Below, piece after piece: positions 39,797 through 49,961 of a stretch of DNA of 62,837 nt. The translations under genes were made by a program, and so were the position numbers. Below the pieces are notes generated by a model that saw nothing but the letters and a program-made list of their open reading frames with translations, was not told the origin of the DNA and searched no databases. Source of the stretch: Mobilitalea sp. (GTDB taxonomy: Bacteria > Bacillota > Clostridia > Lachnospirales > Lachnospiraceae); contig JBASOB010000004.1 in the NCBI GenBank assembly GCA_049657865.1, positions 1 through 62,837 of the forward strand, in the 5' to 3' direction. How positions within the stretch are numbered: the first letter of the stretch is position 1; each line of letters opens with the position of its first letter.

Positions 39797-41233
39797 TTAA
39801 ATAACGCGAAGGCCTCCATCCGCTAGCATACATCTCCTGCGCCTTGTAAAACTCTTTGCACAGGTAATTCCTTCTCCTGTAGGACCAGCAATGGTCATAG
39901 TTGCATGACCTTCTCCTCCGATTCCTACTCCTTTTAAAGTACATCCATTTTTAACAAAAATTGTTGTTTCAATTTTTCTAGCAAACCGTGTCATGTTATC
40001 GATATTTTTCGAAAACATGGAAGCGGTATGTCTATTTCCTGACTCCGCAATAAGTGCATATTTGATTGCATCGTCTAAATTTCTGCAACGAACAATTGGA
40101 AGCACCGGCATCAGCTGTTCTTCTAATACAAATGGGTGATTTGGTGCTACATCACATATTAATAGTCTTGTATTCGATTTTCCGGTAATGCCAATAGCGT
40201 CAAGCATTTTCCCAGCATCCTGTCCAACCCATTTCTTGTTCACTTTGTATTCGCCATCAAAGATAAATACAAGCTTCAAAATTTCTTCCAGCTGATTCGT
40301 GTTTAATAAAAAAGCACCTTCCTCAACCATATTATAGATAAAGTCATTGGCCACCTCTTCTATCACAAACACTTCTTTTTCAGCGAGGCACAATAAGTTG
40401 TTATCAAAGGATGCCCCATAAAAAATATCTTTAGCGGCTTTTTTGATATCAGCAGTTTCATCCACAATAACTGGAGGGTTACCTGCTCCTGCTCCAATCG
40501 TCTTTTTTCCTGAGCGTAGGAGCGCATTAACCATAGGCATTCCACCCGTTCCAACCATAATACGAATTTTGGGACTTGCCGTTAATGCATTAACTGTTTC
40601 CATTGTTGGTTCCTTCACCATCGTAATCAAATTAGCAGGTCCGTCGTTGTCGATAATTGTCTTATTAATCAACTGCAGACAAAAAGCACATACTTTCTTG
40701 GCTCCTGGATGCACATTGAATACAACCGTGTTACCACCGGAAAGCATGCTGATTGTATTATTAATAATTGTCTCTGTTGGATTTGTTACAGGTGTGATCG
40801 CACCTATTAATCCAAACGGTGCATACTCCTCAAGCATCAATCCGCTGTCACCAGAGATTGCCTCTGTTGTTAAGCATTCTGGACCTGGAGTGTTATCAAT
40901 CACTGCAAGATGTTTTTGAATCTTATCTTCATACCGGCCCATTTTACTTTCTTCGCAAACCATCTTTGCTAATGTCTCAACATTTTCTCTCATTACTTTT
41001 CGGATTGCTTCAATTAATCGTTTCCTATCTTTTACCTGATATTTTTCTACATATATCTTTTGTGCCTCATATGCAGCATTAATGGCATCTTCTATGTTTT
41101 CGAATACACCATAATTTTCATTATTATAGGAAAGGGGAGAGGTTGCACCTGCCGAAAATGTAGGATTATTTAACTCGAGATTTTTGAGTACTTGATCAAC
41201 AATCATACTTATTTCTTTTGTTCCAAATTCCAT
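39797..41233 (-). CDS. CoA-acylating aldehyde dehydrogenase (PduP/EutE family) with N-terminal encapsulation peptide
   Basis: PVTNPT, HPGA, GAGAGNPP, SFDNNLLCLAEKE catalytic Cys, EQLMP, TIAGPTGEG; N-terminal EISMIVDQVLKNL. Confidence 0.93.
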   Translation of the reverse strand: MEFGTKEISMIVDQVLKNLELNNPTFSAGATSPLSYNNENYGVFENIEDAINAAYEAQKIYVEKYQVKDRKRLIEAIRKVMRENVETLAKMVCEESKMGRYEDKIQKHLAVIDNTPGPECLTTEAISGDSGLMLEEYAPFGLIGAITPVTNPTETIINNTISMLSGGNTVVFNVHPGAKKVCAFCLQLINKTIIDNDGPANLITMVKEPTMETVNALTASPKIRIMVGTGGMPMVNALLRSGKKTIGAGAGNPPVIVDETADIKKAAKDIFYGASFDNNLLCLAEKEVFVIEEVANDFIYNMVEEGAFLLNTNQLEEILKLVFIFDGEYKVNKKWVGQDAGKMLDAIGITGKSNTRLLICDVAPNHPFVLEEQLMPVLPIVRCRNLDDAIKYALIAESGNRHTASMFSKNIDNMTRFARKIETTIFVKNGCTLKGVGIGGEGHATMTIAGPTGEGITCAKSFTRRRRCMLADGGLRVI

Positions 41234-41238
41234 TTTGC

Positions 41239-42201
41239 TTACCTCCTAGAATCAATGTTTATTTGCTCAGTGACACGTCGAACCACCTCAGCGATAATTT
41301 CTTCCTTACTTTGCTCTTTATTGCTAATTTTTTGAGCTGCCATAATCAGTGTTCCTCCACAACCGCATCCCAAATTTTCTGGTTCCTTAATACTTTGGGG
41401 ATGAATCAGTGGTGTAACTCCTGATAATTGTTTACCATCATTTGCAGACACTGCATTAGGTCGCATCGAATCAGAAGTTAATACATCATGGTTATTACTA
41501 GCATTTATTGCACAAGTTGGAACACCCCCGCTATTAATGCCAAGATCTTTTCTAATATTCAGAAGATCGTCTACTTGCTGGCAAGAAAGTTCATTTTGCT
41601 TTCCTATGATTTTTCCTGTATACATCAAAATGGTTGCGTAATATTCAATTGACTCTAATCGGTAATAAGCTTCAATTACATCTTTACCCCAACTTAGAGC
41701 CCCATGGTTTGCTAAAAGCACTCCATTATGAGTTTTGCAGAAAGGTGCTATCGAATCTGGCACATCTTGCGAACCAGGGGTAGCATAATGAGCAATTGGT
41801 ACTGATCCTAATTGAACAACTGCTTCTGGAAGGATTGCTTTATCTAAGCTGATTCCTGCAATAGCAAAAGAAGTTGCCACTGGCGGATGTGCATGAGTTA
41901 CTGCCATTGCCTCAGGATTTTCATGATATACTCTAAGATGCATCTTTACTTCCGAGGATGGTTTATAGCTTCCTGCAAGTACTTTTCCGCTCATGTCCAT
42001 TTTAACTAACATATCTAGCGTCATAAAACCTTTCGACACACCTGTGGGTGTTGTCCATATAGCATTTGGTCCAACTTTGCAGCTGATATTTCCATCATTT
42101 GCAGCAACAAAGCCTTTATTATACATCCTTTTCCCCACTTCTATAATTGCTTTTTTAGCTTCAAAATCGGAAGGATATTTAACACCATGAATTGTCATCA
42201 T
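41239..42201 (-). CDS. Class II (metal) aldolase, FucA/Ald2-like, with C-terminal encapsulation peptide
   Basis: ANDGNIS, TPTG, PSSE..MH, HAHP, LANHG; long linker followed by KEEIIAEVVRRVTEQI. Confidence 0.9.
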   Translation of the reverse strand: MMTIHGVKYPSDFEAKKAIIEVGKRMYNKGFVAANDGNISCKVGPNAIWTTPTGVSKGFMTLDMLVKMDMSGKVLAGSYKPSSEVKMHLRVYHENPEAMAVTHAHPPVATSFAIAGISLDKAILPEAVVQLGSVPIAHYATPGSQDVPDSIAPFCKTHNGVLLANHGALSWGKDVIEAYYRLESIEYYATILMYTGKIIGKQNELSCQQVDDLLNIRKDLGINSGGVPTCAINASNNHDVLTSDSMRPNAVSANDGKQLSGVTPLIHPQSIKEPENLGCGCGGTLIMAAQKISNKEQSKEEIIAEVVRRVTEQINIDSRR

Positions 42202-42244
42202 TTTTTAATCACCTACTTTACTACTTTTTATTGTTTATACATGA

Positions 42245-42273
42245 ATTGTACTATATTTATGTTGGTTTGTCAA
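42245..42273 (-). promoter_or_regulatory. Sigma-A promoter of the BMC operon
   Basis: TTGACA-17 bp-TACAAT on the minus strand. Confidence 0.75.
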
Positions 42274-42468
42274 TGTATTGTGTGTTTCATTTTTTGTTTT
42301 ATTTTTGTTTCTCATTGTTTATTTTTTATTTTCCAATATTTCTTTACAAATTATAATAAATATGTGATAATTAATAAAATATTATATGTTGATATAGTGC
42401 TGTTTTTTGTAATATGTGTTTTAAAAACCACAATTAACAACAATAAAACGCATAAAGGAGAATTATAA

Positions 42469-43233
42469 ATGCTTGCTGTAACCAGAAAGGCCAAAATAAA
42501 AGACATTATTTTAGAGAAGAAAAGTATCATAGTATCTGAACTTGCAACTGTTTTCACTGTAACAGAAGAGACCATACGCCGGGATTTGAAAGCATTAGAA
42601 GATGAAGGCTTTTTAATTCGGACCTATGGAGGCGCCTTTATCCAAGACGGGGTGCAAAACGAGGTAGATCTTTCCATTCGCGAAACAGCTTATACCCAAA
42701 GCAAGCAACTAATCGCAGAGAAGTGTACTGAAATTATACATAATGGAGATTCTATCTTTCTAGATGCCTCTACCACTGCATTATTTATCGCAAAAGCAGT
42801 ACGCAGCATGCGCCTCACTATATTAACCAATTCATTAAAAGTCATAAATCTTCTTTCTGACTGTCCTGACATTCATCTTATTTCGATCGGTGGTCAATTC
42901 AATTCCAGCAATATGTCCTTTATTGGAAGATGTGCTCTTCAAACATTGGAAAGCTATTATGTTGATAAAACTTTTATGTCTTGTCGTTCCCTCTCTATGG
43001 ACCACGGAATAACAGATTCCAATGAAGCAATGTCAGAAATCAGGCAAAAGCTTATGACTCGCAGCAACAGTGTTTATGTCGTAGCTGATTATTCAAAGTT
43101 TGACAAAACCTCCTTCCTAAGTATCTGTAATTTTAGCGATATCGATGGCATTGTTACCGATAAGCATTTAGATCAAGAATGGATTACATTCTTAGCGGAG
43201 AACAAAGTAACTTATTACGAATGTAAGCAATAA
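42469..43233 (+). CDS. DeoR/GlpR-family transcriptional regulator
   Basis: VTEETIRRDL..L, RTYGGA, IFLDASTT, TNSL, ADYSKF. Confidence 0.94.
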   Translation: MLAVTRKAKIKDIILEKKSIIVSELATVFTVTEETIRRDLKALEDEGFLIRTYGGAFIQDGVQNEVDLSIRETAYTQSKQLIAEKCTEIIHNGDSIFLDASTTALFIAKAVRSMRLTILTNSLKVINLLSDCPDIHLISIGGQFNSSNMSFIGRCALQTLESYYVDKTFMSCRSLSMDHGITDSNEAMSEIRQKLMTRSNSVYVVADYSKFDKTSFLSICNFSDIDGIVTDKHLDQEWITFLAENKVTYYECKQ

Positions 43234-43265
43234 ATCATATTCAAAATCAAGATACTGCAAGTTGC

Positions 43266-43305
43266 ATAAAAAGGGAGGAACGGTTAACCGTTCCTCTCTT
43301 TTTAT
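43266..43305. terminator. Bidirectional terminator between deoR and mtnA
   Basis: ATAAAAAGGGAGGAACGG-TTAA-CCGTTCCTCTCTTTTTAT. Confidence 0.85.
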
Positions 43306-43361
43306 ACTTCATTTATTTAAAATCTCGACTTTTGGTTTAGCTGAATCATCATATTTCATGA

Positions 43362-44456
43362 CTATTTGCTAGTTTTCGCTGCCTCTTTTTTCTCAAAGAT
43401 CTCTTTTAATGAGGTTTCATAAGGTGCTTTTGCTATACCATATTCGGTTATTATTCCTGCAATCAAATCATTATCCGTTACATCAAAACATGGATTAAAA
43501 ACCTTAACTCCATCAGGAGCCATCCGTTCTTTATACCACATCTCAGTAACTTCCTCTGCAGGTCTTTGCTCAATATGAATATCTGCGCCTGTTTTTGTAT
43601 TCAAGTCAATCGTAGAAGTCGGTGCACATATATAAACTGGTACATTATATCGTTTAGCGACTATCGCTACTACTGAAGTTCCAATTTTATTTGCAGTATC
43701 ACCATTTGCCGCTACACGGTCGCAACCAACAAAAACCGCATTGATCCAACCATTTTTCATCACCGTCGCTGACATATTATCACAGATTAAGGTTACATCA
43801 ATTCCTGCTTCGTGTAATTCGAAGGCGGTAAGTCTTGCGCCTTGCAGAAGAGGTCTTGTCTCATCAGCAAAAACTCTAAAATCATAGCCTCTTTCTTGTC
43901 CAAGATACATAGGTGCTGTTGCCGTACCATATTTTACAGTCGCTAACTGCCCTGCATTACAGTGTGTCAAAAGACCATCACCCGGTTTCACAACCGACAG
44001 ACCAAATTCGCCTATTTGTTTGCACACCCAAATATCTTCTTCTTTAATTGCAACTGCTTCTTTATGTAAAATATCCTTAAGTTCTTCCACGGTTTTATCT
44101 GAGTTACTTTGCGCAACACTATCCATACGATTTAATGCCCAAAACAAATTAACAGCAGTAGGACGAGAAGAAGCTAAATAATCTTTTGCTTTGATGAATT
44201 GACTGTAAAAATCTTCATACGTATCCGCTTGAATCTCTTTCGCAGCAAGGTAAATGCCTATTGCTGCAGCCACGCCTATTGCCGGTGCACCTCTAACCTG
44301 AAGTAAATAAATTGCGTTCCAAATTTCTTTTTGCTCTGTTAATCTAAGAATTTCAGTATTATAAGGAAGTTGTGTTTGGTCAATAATGACTAACGCACTA
44401 TTCTCATCATCCAAAGCTACTGTTTCATAGTCTAAAATCGACTTTTTGGTGGTCAT
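43362..44456 (-). CDS. mtnA: S-methyl-5-thioribose-1-phosphate / 5-deoxyribose-1-phosphate isomerase
   Basis: [50 protein letters not shown]. Confidence 0.95.
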   Translation of the reverse strand: MTTKKSILDYETVALDDENSALVIIDQTQLPYNTEILRLTEQKEIWNAIYLLQVRGAPAIGVAAAIGIYLAAKEIQADTYEDFYSQFIKAKDYLASSRPTAVNLFWALNRMDSVAQSNSDKTVEELKDILHKEAVAIKEEDIWVCKQIGEFGLSVVKPGDGLLTHCNAGQLATVKYGTATAPMYLGQERGYDFRVFADETRPLLQGARLTAFELHEAGIDVTLICDNMSATVMKNGWINAVFVGCDRVAANGDTANKIGTSVVAIVAKRYNVPVYICAPTSTIDLNTKTGADIHIEQRPAEEVTEMWYKERMAPDGVKVFNPCFDVTDNDLIAGIITEYGIAKAPYETSLKEIFEKKEAAKTSK

Positions 44457-44486
44457 ATTCTTTTTTTCCTTTCTATTTCAACATCC

Positions 44487-45713
44487 TTAAATAAATTTCT
44501 TAATTACATCTTCGATTGCTTTTTTGTAATCTGCACCACATAAAAAGCTATCTCGATTCATAATATATTTTTTTGCTAAAGTAATTACGATTTTCTCTGC
44601 TCTAGCTCGTTTAGCATCATCTGAAATGGTTGTAATATCTTTTACATTTGCCATTCCAACCGTACGTCTAATTGACTCCAAGCCTGCAATCGCTGCAGAA
44701 TCTGCTAATATACTGCCAAGATACCACTCCAAGAACCCTTCTGTTTTAGCAAGACGTTCTGTCGCATTTTCTTGAAAAGAAGCTTTGAATTTCGAAATGA
44801 ATTTATCAACAATCTCAACGATTGTATCAATAACCCACCCACAGAACTTTGTTCTTTGATCAGCGTCTTCTATTGTTGCATCTCCATTGCACCAAGCAAA
44901 GAACATATTTGCGATTACGTTTCCTATGTCATATCCCATAGGTCCATAAAATGCAAATTCAGGATCAAATATAAATGTGTGCTCCTGATTAATAAAAATA
45001 GAACCGGTATGTAAATCACCATGCACTAACGCTTGTGCATTATTCATAAAAGCAAATTTTAATTTTGCAGCTTCTAGTTGAAGACTTTTGTCTTCATATA
45101 ACTCTTTCTTAACAAAATCTGCATTTGGTGCAAATACATTGTTACGATGGTTATAATCCATAAAGGGTTCGCTAAAAACTAAATCCTCACTGATTTCGCA
45201 AAGATCAGGGTTAATGAAGTTCTTTACATATTCTTTCTTTTCTTTATGATCCATTACAACATCCGTTGATAAAAGCAATGAATTAACTAAAAAAGTTGAG
45301 ATATCTTCTGCAAATCTAGGATACGTCTCATGTCTCATTAATCCCGTTCGCATCATTGTATGGCCAACCATATCTTCCATCAGCATAGCGCACATCACAT
45401 CGTCATAGAGATAAATATCCGGAACAAGGCCTGGTGCATACTTGCCCTGAATTTTTAATATGTTTGCTTCTATTCTACCTCTATCAGTAGAAAGTTTCAT
45501 ATCAGCTGAAATTCTTGTTACTTCACCTGCCTGCTTAACAATAATTGATTTTCCTGTCTCTGTATCAACTATTCTAAATACATAATTTAGATTACCATCT
45601 CCAATTTCCTTGCTTTCTAATTTAGCATTGGCTGTAAAAAATGGTATCCTTTCTCGAACATATTCTTCCACATCTTCTGTTTTCATTAAAAAATAAGTAT
45701 CAAATCGCGACAT
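44487..45713 (-). CDS. mtnK: S-methyl-5-thioribose / 5-deoxyribose kinase
   Basis: EIGDGNLNYVF, KQA, NPDLCEISEDLVF..P, HGDLHTGS, DPEFAFYGP.GYD.G. Confidence 0.94.
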   Translation of the reverse strand: MSRFDTYFLMKTEDVEEYVRERIPFFTANAKLESKEIGDGNLNYVFRIVDTETGKSIIVKQAGEVTRISADMKLSTDRGRIEANILKIQGKYAPGLVPDIYLYDDVMCAMLMEDMVGHTMMRTGLMRHETYPRFAEDISTFLVNSLLLSTDVVMDHKEKKEYVKNFINPDLCEISEDLVFSEPFMDYNHRNNVFAPNADFVKKELYEDKSLQLEAAKLKFAFMNNAQALVHGDLHTGSIFINQEHTFIFDPEFAFYGPMGYDIGNVIANMFFAWCNGDATIEDADQRTKFCGWVIDTIVEIVDKFISKFKASFQENATERLAKTEGFLEWYLGSILADSAAIAGLESIRRTVGMANVKDITTISDDAKRARAEKIVITLAKKYIMNRDSFLCGADYKKAIEDVIKKFI

Positions 45714-45755
45714 ATATGCTCACCTTTCTCAACCTGTATATTTTGTATTCCGCCT

Positions 45756-46778
45756 TTATTTTTTCTTGCTGTTGTAATAGGTAAGTGCTAATGCAACTGC
45801 TAGTACACCGCCCTTAACAATATCCATAACATAATATGGTACAGACATCATAATTAGACCATTTTCTAGCATACCCACTAATACAGCTCCTGCCAAAGTT
45901 CCTAAAGCATTCGCTTTTCCGGCACCCGCTACAGAGAAACCAATATATGCTGCTGCTACCGAAGGCATTAAATAAGAGGAACCCGCATTTACCTGCGCCG
46001 TACCAACACGAGCTGCAATAAATACACCACCTAAAGCTGCAAATGCTGCAGATAAAAAATAAGCTAAAATCTTATATTTGTTCACTGGTATTCCTGATAA
46101 TCTTGCTGCTTCCGGATTGCCTCCAACCGCATACATATATCTGCCATGCTTTGTATAGTTTAAGAAGAAGTGAGCAAATAGTACTACTAGCAACATAACA
46201 ATAATTAACCAAGGCTCTTTACCAAAAGCTCTAAATGCGCTTGGTACTAATCCTGATGCAACGTCACCATTACTTCTTGTCATACGTTCTGTGATTGCTC
46301 CACCATTGGAATAGGTCATTGCAACGCCTTGGACCATAAACATTACCGCTAAAGCCGCTACCATATCAGGTATTTTCAATTTTACAATTAAAATACTGTT
46401 GATTAATGCTACACTCATACAAATTATAATCGTTAATAAGATTGATACGCCAATACTCAAATTATACCAAACAAACATCGTCATAACTAGAAAATCAGCA
46501 AAATTGGCATTTGCTCCAATGGATAAATCCATACCATTTACAGCCAATGAAAACGTCAAACCAATCGCAATAATTGCGGTAATGGAGATACTTCTGAGAA
46601 TAGTTATCATGTTATTGGTAGTCAAGAATATACTTGTGTTCGTCTCCGGATTCCAGTTTCCCACAGTAAATATTATGAACAAGATCAATATAGTAAGTAT
46701 GGTACCCCACTTTTGAATAAAATTCATAATTACTTTCGTACCAGCGCTCTTTTTTATAGTCGCTACTTTTTCACTCAT
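45756..46778 (-). CDS. Sugar ABC permease (RbsC-like), probable methylthioribose importer
   Basis: GMDLSIG, GRYMYAVGGNPEAARLSGI; directly upstream of mtnK; GGAGG before ATG 46778. Confidence 0.88.
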   Translation of the reverse strand: MSEKVATIKKSAGTKVIMNFIQKWGTILTILILFIIFTVGNWNPETNTSIFLTTNNMITILRSISITAIIAIGLTFSLAVNGMDLSIGANANFADFLVMTMFVWYNLSIGVSILLTIIICMSVALINSILIVKLKIPDMVAALAVMFMVQGVAMTYSNGGAITERMTRSNGDVASGLVPSAFRAFGKEPWLIIVMLLVVLFAHFFLNYTKHGRYMYAVGGNPEAARLSGIPVNKYKILAYFLSAAFAALGGVFIAARVGTAQVNAGSSYLMPSVAAAYIGFSVAGAGKANALGTLAGAVLVGMLENGLIMMSVPYYVMDIVKGGVLAVALALTYYNSKKK

Positions 46779-46779
46779 C

Positions 46780-48291
46780 TCAATTTCCTCCTGTAGAAAA
46801 ATAAAGCAATTCTTTTTCATTGGTGTCTGCTGCATTTAATTCTTTTACAATTTCACCATCATACATTACATAAACTCGATCAGTTATCGTTAATATTTCT
46901 TGAAACTCACAGGTAGCATAAATGATACCTTTTCCTTGAGCTGCAAGACGTTCAATCAGTTCATACATATCTCGCTTTGCACCAACATCAATACCTTTGG
47001 TTGGTTCATCAAAAATATATACTTCAGATTCTGAATTCAACCATTTAGCAAGTACAACTTTCTGTTGATTACCACCAGATAGGAGTGCAACTTCCTGACA
47101 TTCTGACGGGGTTTTAATACCAAGATCATTTATCATCTGACAAGCGTCTTTCTTTTCTTTCGTTTTATTAACTACAGAAAGCAGACCTGTATATTTCTTC
47201 ATCGCTGCCACACTTATATTTGCGTATACCGGATCGGTAATTAGTACCCCTTCCTTACGTCTTTCTTCTGGCACTAATGCAAATCCTTTTTTAACAGCTG
47301 CACAAGGATTTTTATATTTAATTTCTTGTCCATTCATTTTAATTGTACCACTGTTATGTCTAAAAGCTGCAAACAGGGTTTTACAAAGTTCCGTTTTTCC
47401 TGCTCCGACTAGTCCTGCTACACCAACGATTTCGCCACGCTTTACAGACATATTAATGTTCTTTACTCTACCTTCAGCTTCATTAAGTCCTTCCACTTCC
47501 AAAAGTGGTGCACCAATTTTAGCCGTTTTTTTAATATAATTATCATCCATTTTACGTCCAAGCATTAACTCAACTATGTCCGTAATCTTTAAGTCAGGAG
47601 TAATAGGCATATTGGTTACCACGCTACCATCCCTCATAACTGTTATAGTTTCACAGATATCAAATAATTCATTTAATCTATGGGATATAAAAACAATCCC
47701 AACTCCCTCTTTTGCCAACTCACGAACGATACCGAACAATTCCTTCGTTTCCGAATTAGACAAAGGTGCTGTAGGCTCATCTAAAATTAAAAGACGGCAC
47801 TTTTCTACTACACATCTCGCAATTAGAACCATCTGCTTCTCTGCAAGTGTCAACTCTGAAACAACTTGATTGACATCCAAATCCACATTTAACTTCTTCA
47901 GGGTTTCTTTCGCTGTTTTACGAATTGATTTCCAATCAACAAATTGCTTGTTCCCCATGTTATTTACAAGTACATTAAACATAACGTTTTCTGCAACTGT
48001 TAAATATGGAATCAATGCCGTATCAACCTCTTGGTATACAATTTCAATGCCAAGAGCTTTAGCGTTTTTGGGGGACCGGATTTCAACCGGTTCCCCATCA
48101 ACAAATATTTCTCCTGTATAGTGTGTATTTGCGCCAGCCAGAACCTTCATTAAGGTTGATTTACCAGCACCATTTGCACCGATAAGCGCATGAATTGTTC
48201 CACCTGATAAACTAAAGTCTACATTGCTAAGAGCTTTAACTCCCGGGAATTCAATTGATATATCTTTCATCTCCAACTTAAATTCATTCAT
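46780..48291 (-). CDS. Sugar ABC ATP-binding protein (RbsA-like, duplicated domain)
   Basis: GANGAGKSTL, LDEPT, ISHRL, LSGGNQQK, DEPTKGIDVGAK. Confidence 0.93.
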   Translation of the reverse strand: MNEFKLEMKDISIEFPGVKALSNVDFSLSGGTIHALIGANGAGKSTLMKVLAGANTHYTGEIFVDGEPVEIRSPKNAKALGIEIVYQEVDTALIPYLTVAENVMFNVLVNNMGNKQFVDWKSIRKTAKETLKKLNVDLDVNQVVSELTLAEKQMVLIARCVVEKCRLLILDEPTAPLSNSETKELFGIVRELAKEGVGIVFISHRLNELFDICETITVMRDGSVVTNMPITPDLKITDIVELMLGRKMDDNYIKKTAKIGAPLLEVEGLNEAEGRVKNINMSVKRGEIVGVAGLVGAGKTELCKTLFAAFRHNSGTIKMNGQEIKYKNPCAAVKKGFALVPEERRKEGVLITDPVYANISVAAMKKYTGLLSVVNKTKEKKDACQMINDLGIKTPSECQEVALLSGGNQQKVVLAKWLNSESEVYIFDEPTKGIDVGAKRDMYELIERLAAQGKGIIYATCEFQEILTITDRVYVMYDGEIVKELNAADTNEKELLYFSTGGN

Positions 48292-48340
48292 TTTGCTTCA
48301 TCCTATCCATAGGTTAATCTTTTTACTATTAGTTATTGTA

Positions 48341-49522
48341 TTAGTTTTGATCTTTAATTGCTTGCATCCAATCAAGGTTAAAGGAATCTTCACCGGTAGC
48401 ATCGCCCCATCCGTCAATTGCAGTACCAAGATTTGTCATGCTGATATCAGTACTTAATTGAGTTGTTTCAACGTTGTTTGCTGAAAGATTGAAATATTCA
48501 GGAGTTTCTACTCCGACAAATTTCATAACCAATAATCTCATATCAACGATACCGATTAATTTAGGATCAACAGCTGCGGTTGATTTCCAAACACTTGAAT
48601 TAGCAAGCATCAATTGGATATCATCATTTGAAATATCAATTGTATACATCGGGATATCAGTACGTCCAGCATCGTTTAATGCCTGTAAAACGCCCTTTGC
48701 TAACTCATCATAGCATCCCCAAATAGCGTCTACTGAACCAACTGCATATTTAGGAAGAATAGCGGATGCCTTTGTAGTCATATCACCACGAGCATTTGCT
48801 GGGTCTGATGGAGCGATTGTTTCAACTGTCTCAATTTTTCCTTCTTTTTCAAGTTGAGTGTAATATACATTACGTCTGTCTAACGGAGGTATTCCAGGTC
48901 CCATAAAAGTTTTAAGAACTTTCATAGGATATGTTCCACCAGCTGCTTCAAATTCTTTCATCATAAAGCCAAGTGATAGTTCAGCTAATGCTTGATCATC
49001 TTGAGCTGTTGAGGTAACACCTTCTAATAAATCGCTGTTAGCATCACCATCTTTGAAAGGCATGCTATCGAAGGTTACTACTTCAATTCCAGCATCTCTG
49101 GCAGGTTTTAACATATCATATGTATAGGATAATTGACCATGAGAAAGAATAATTCCATCATATCCTTTTGAAATACATTGTGCAACAACTTCTTGAGTTT
49201 TGGCATCATCACCATCAGTTACATAAGTATCAACTGTAAGTCCAAATGCTTCACCTTCTGATACGCAACCATCTAGGAACTGTTGTGTGTGGTCACCAGC
49301 TGCTAAGTTACGTACAACTGCAACTTTCTTTCCTTTAAGTAGCCCAGCATAAGAATCCTCTGTGGTAGCTCCCTCTGTTACTGCCGTTGTTACTTCTGTT
49401 GCTGCTTCAGTTACGTCTGTTGCTGCAGCATCTTTTGTTGTGCTGCCTGTTGTTTTGCTTCCGCAAGCAGCCAATGACATTGTCATTACGGCTACTAATA
49501 ATAACGCTAAAACTTTTTTCAT
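48341..49522 (-). CDS. Sugar ABC substrate-binding lipoprotein
   Basis: Lipobox LAAC, Thr/Ala-rich linker, periplasmic-binding fold (YDGIILSHG, VVTFD, PLDRR). Confidence 0.88.
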   Translation of the reverse strand: MKKVLALLLVAVMTMSLAACGSKTTGSTTKDAAATDVTEAATEVTTAVTEGATTEDSYAGLLKGKKVAVVRNLAAGDHTQQFLDGCVSEGEAFGLTVDTYVTDGDDAKTQEVVAQCISKGYDGIILSHGQLSYTYDMLKPARDAGIEVVTFDSMPFKDGDANSDLLEGVTSTAQDDQALAELSLGFMMKEFEAAGGTYPMKVLKTFMGPGIPPLDRRNVYYTQLEKEGKIETVETIAPSDPANARGDMTTKASAILPKYAVGSVDAIWGCYDELAKGVLQALNDAGRTDIPMYTIDISNDDIQLMLANSSVWKSTAAVDPKLIGIVDMRLLVMKFVGVETPEYFNLSANNVETTQLSTDISMTNLGTAIDGWGDATGEDSFNLDWMQAIKDQN

Positions 49523-49961
49523 AAAATGTCTCCTTCTAATACTGTGATTTGGTTTTATACCATGTTTTTATGGTATTGGTTTTGTATATGTTGTATGTTC
49601 TTTGATATGATTTAATATTACCACTAATACAAAGATTTTACAACATTTATATTACAAAGTTTATATTTTTTTGCATTTTATACTAATACAGTATCAATTT
49701 ATTGTGCATATTGTATATCAAAAATCTTTTCAGATTCTTTATTTGTCTTTAATTCTATCTTTTTAGACATATCCGGTTTAAAGAAAACCCATATTTTTCT
49801 TTGTTTTTTATTTGTTTTTATTTGTTTTGTGTGTGTTGTTAGGTTTAACACTATAGTCTTCAACCACTGCCGCTTATTATCTGCTACTTAAGGCAGGATA
49901 GACGCATGCTCTAAATTGTCGCGCAACCGTGCATTTATTTTTCACCATACCACTGATTACT

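Noticed and set aside
39783..39944. N-terminal extension of the 164-aa ORF
   Set aside because: It overlaps the AldDH gene in another frame, and a strong RBS precedes ATG 39782.
37528..42201. Pdu, Eut or GRM-type microcompartment
   Set aside because: No diol dehydratase, ethanolamine ammonia-lyase, glycyl-radical enzyme or activase in the window; the only aldehyde-generating enzyme is the aldolase.
41239..45713. Canonical methionine salvage (aldolase read as MtnB)
   Set aside because: The PSSE motif and encapsulation peptide fit a FucA/Ald2 aldolase; mtnW/X/D/E and an S-box were not seen.
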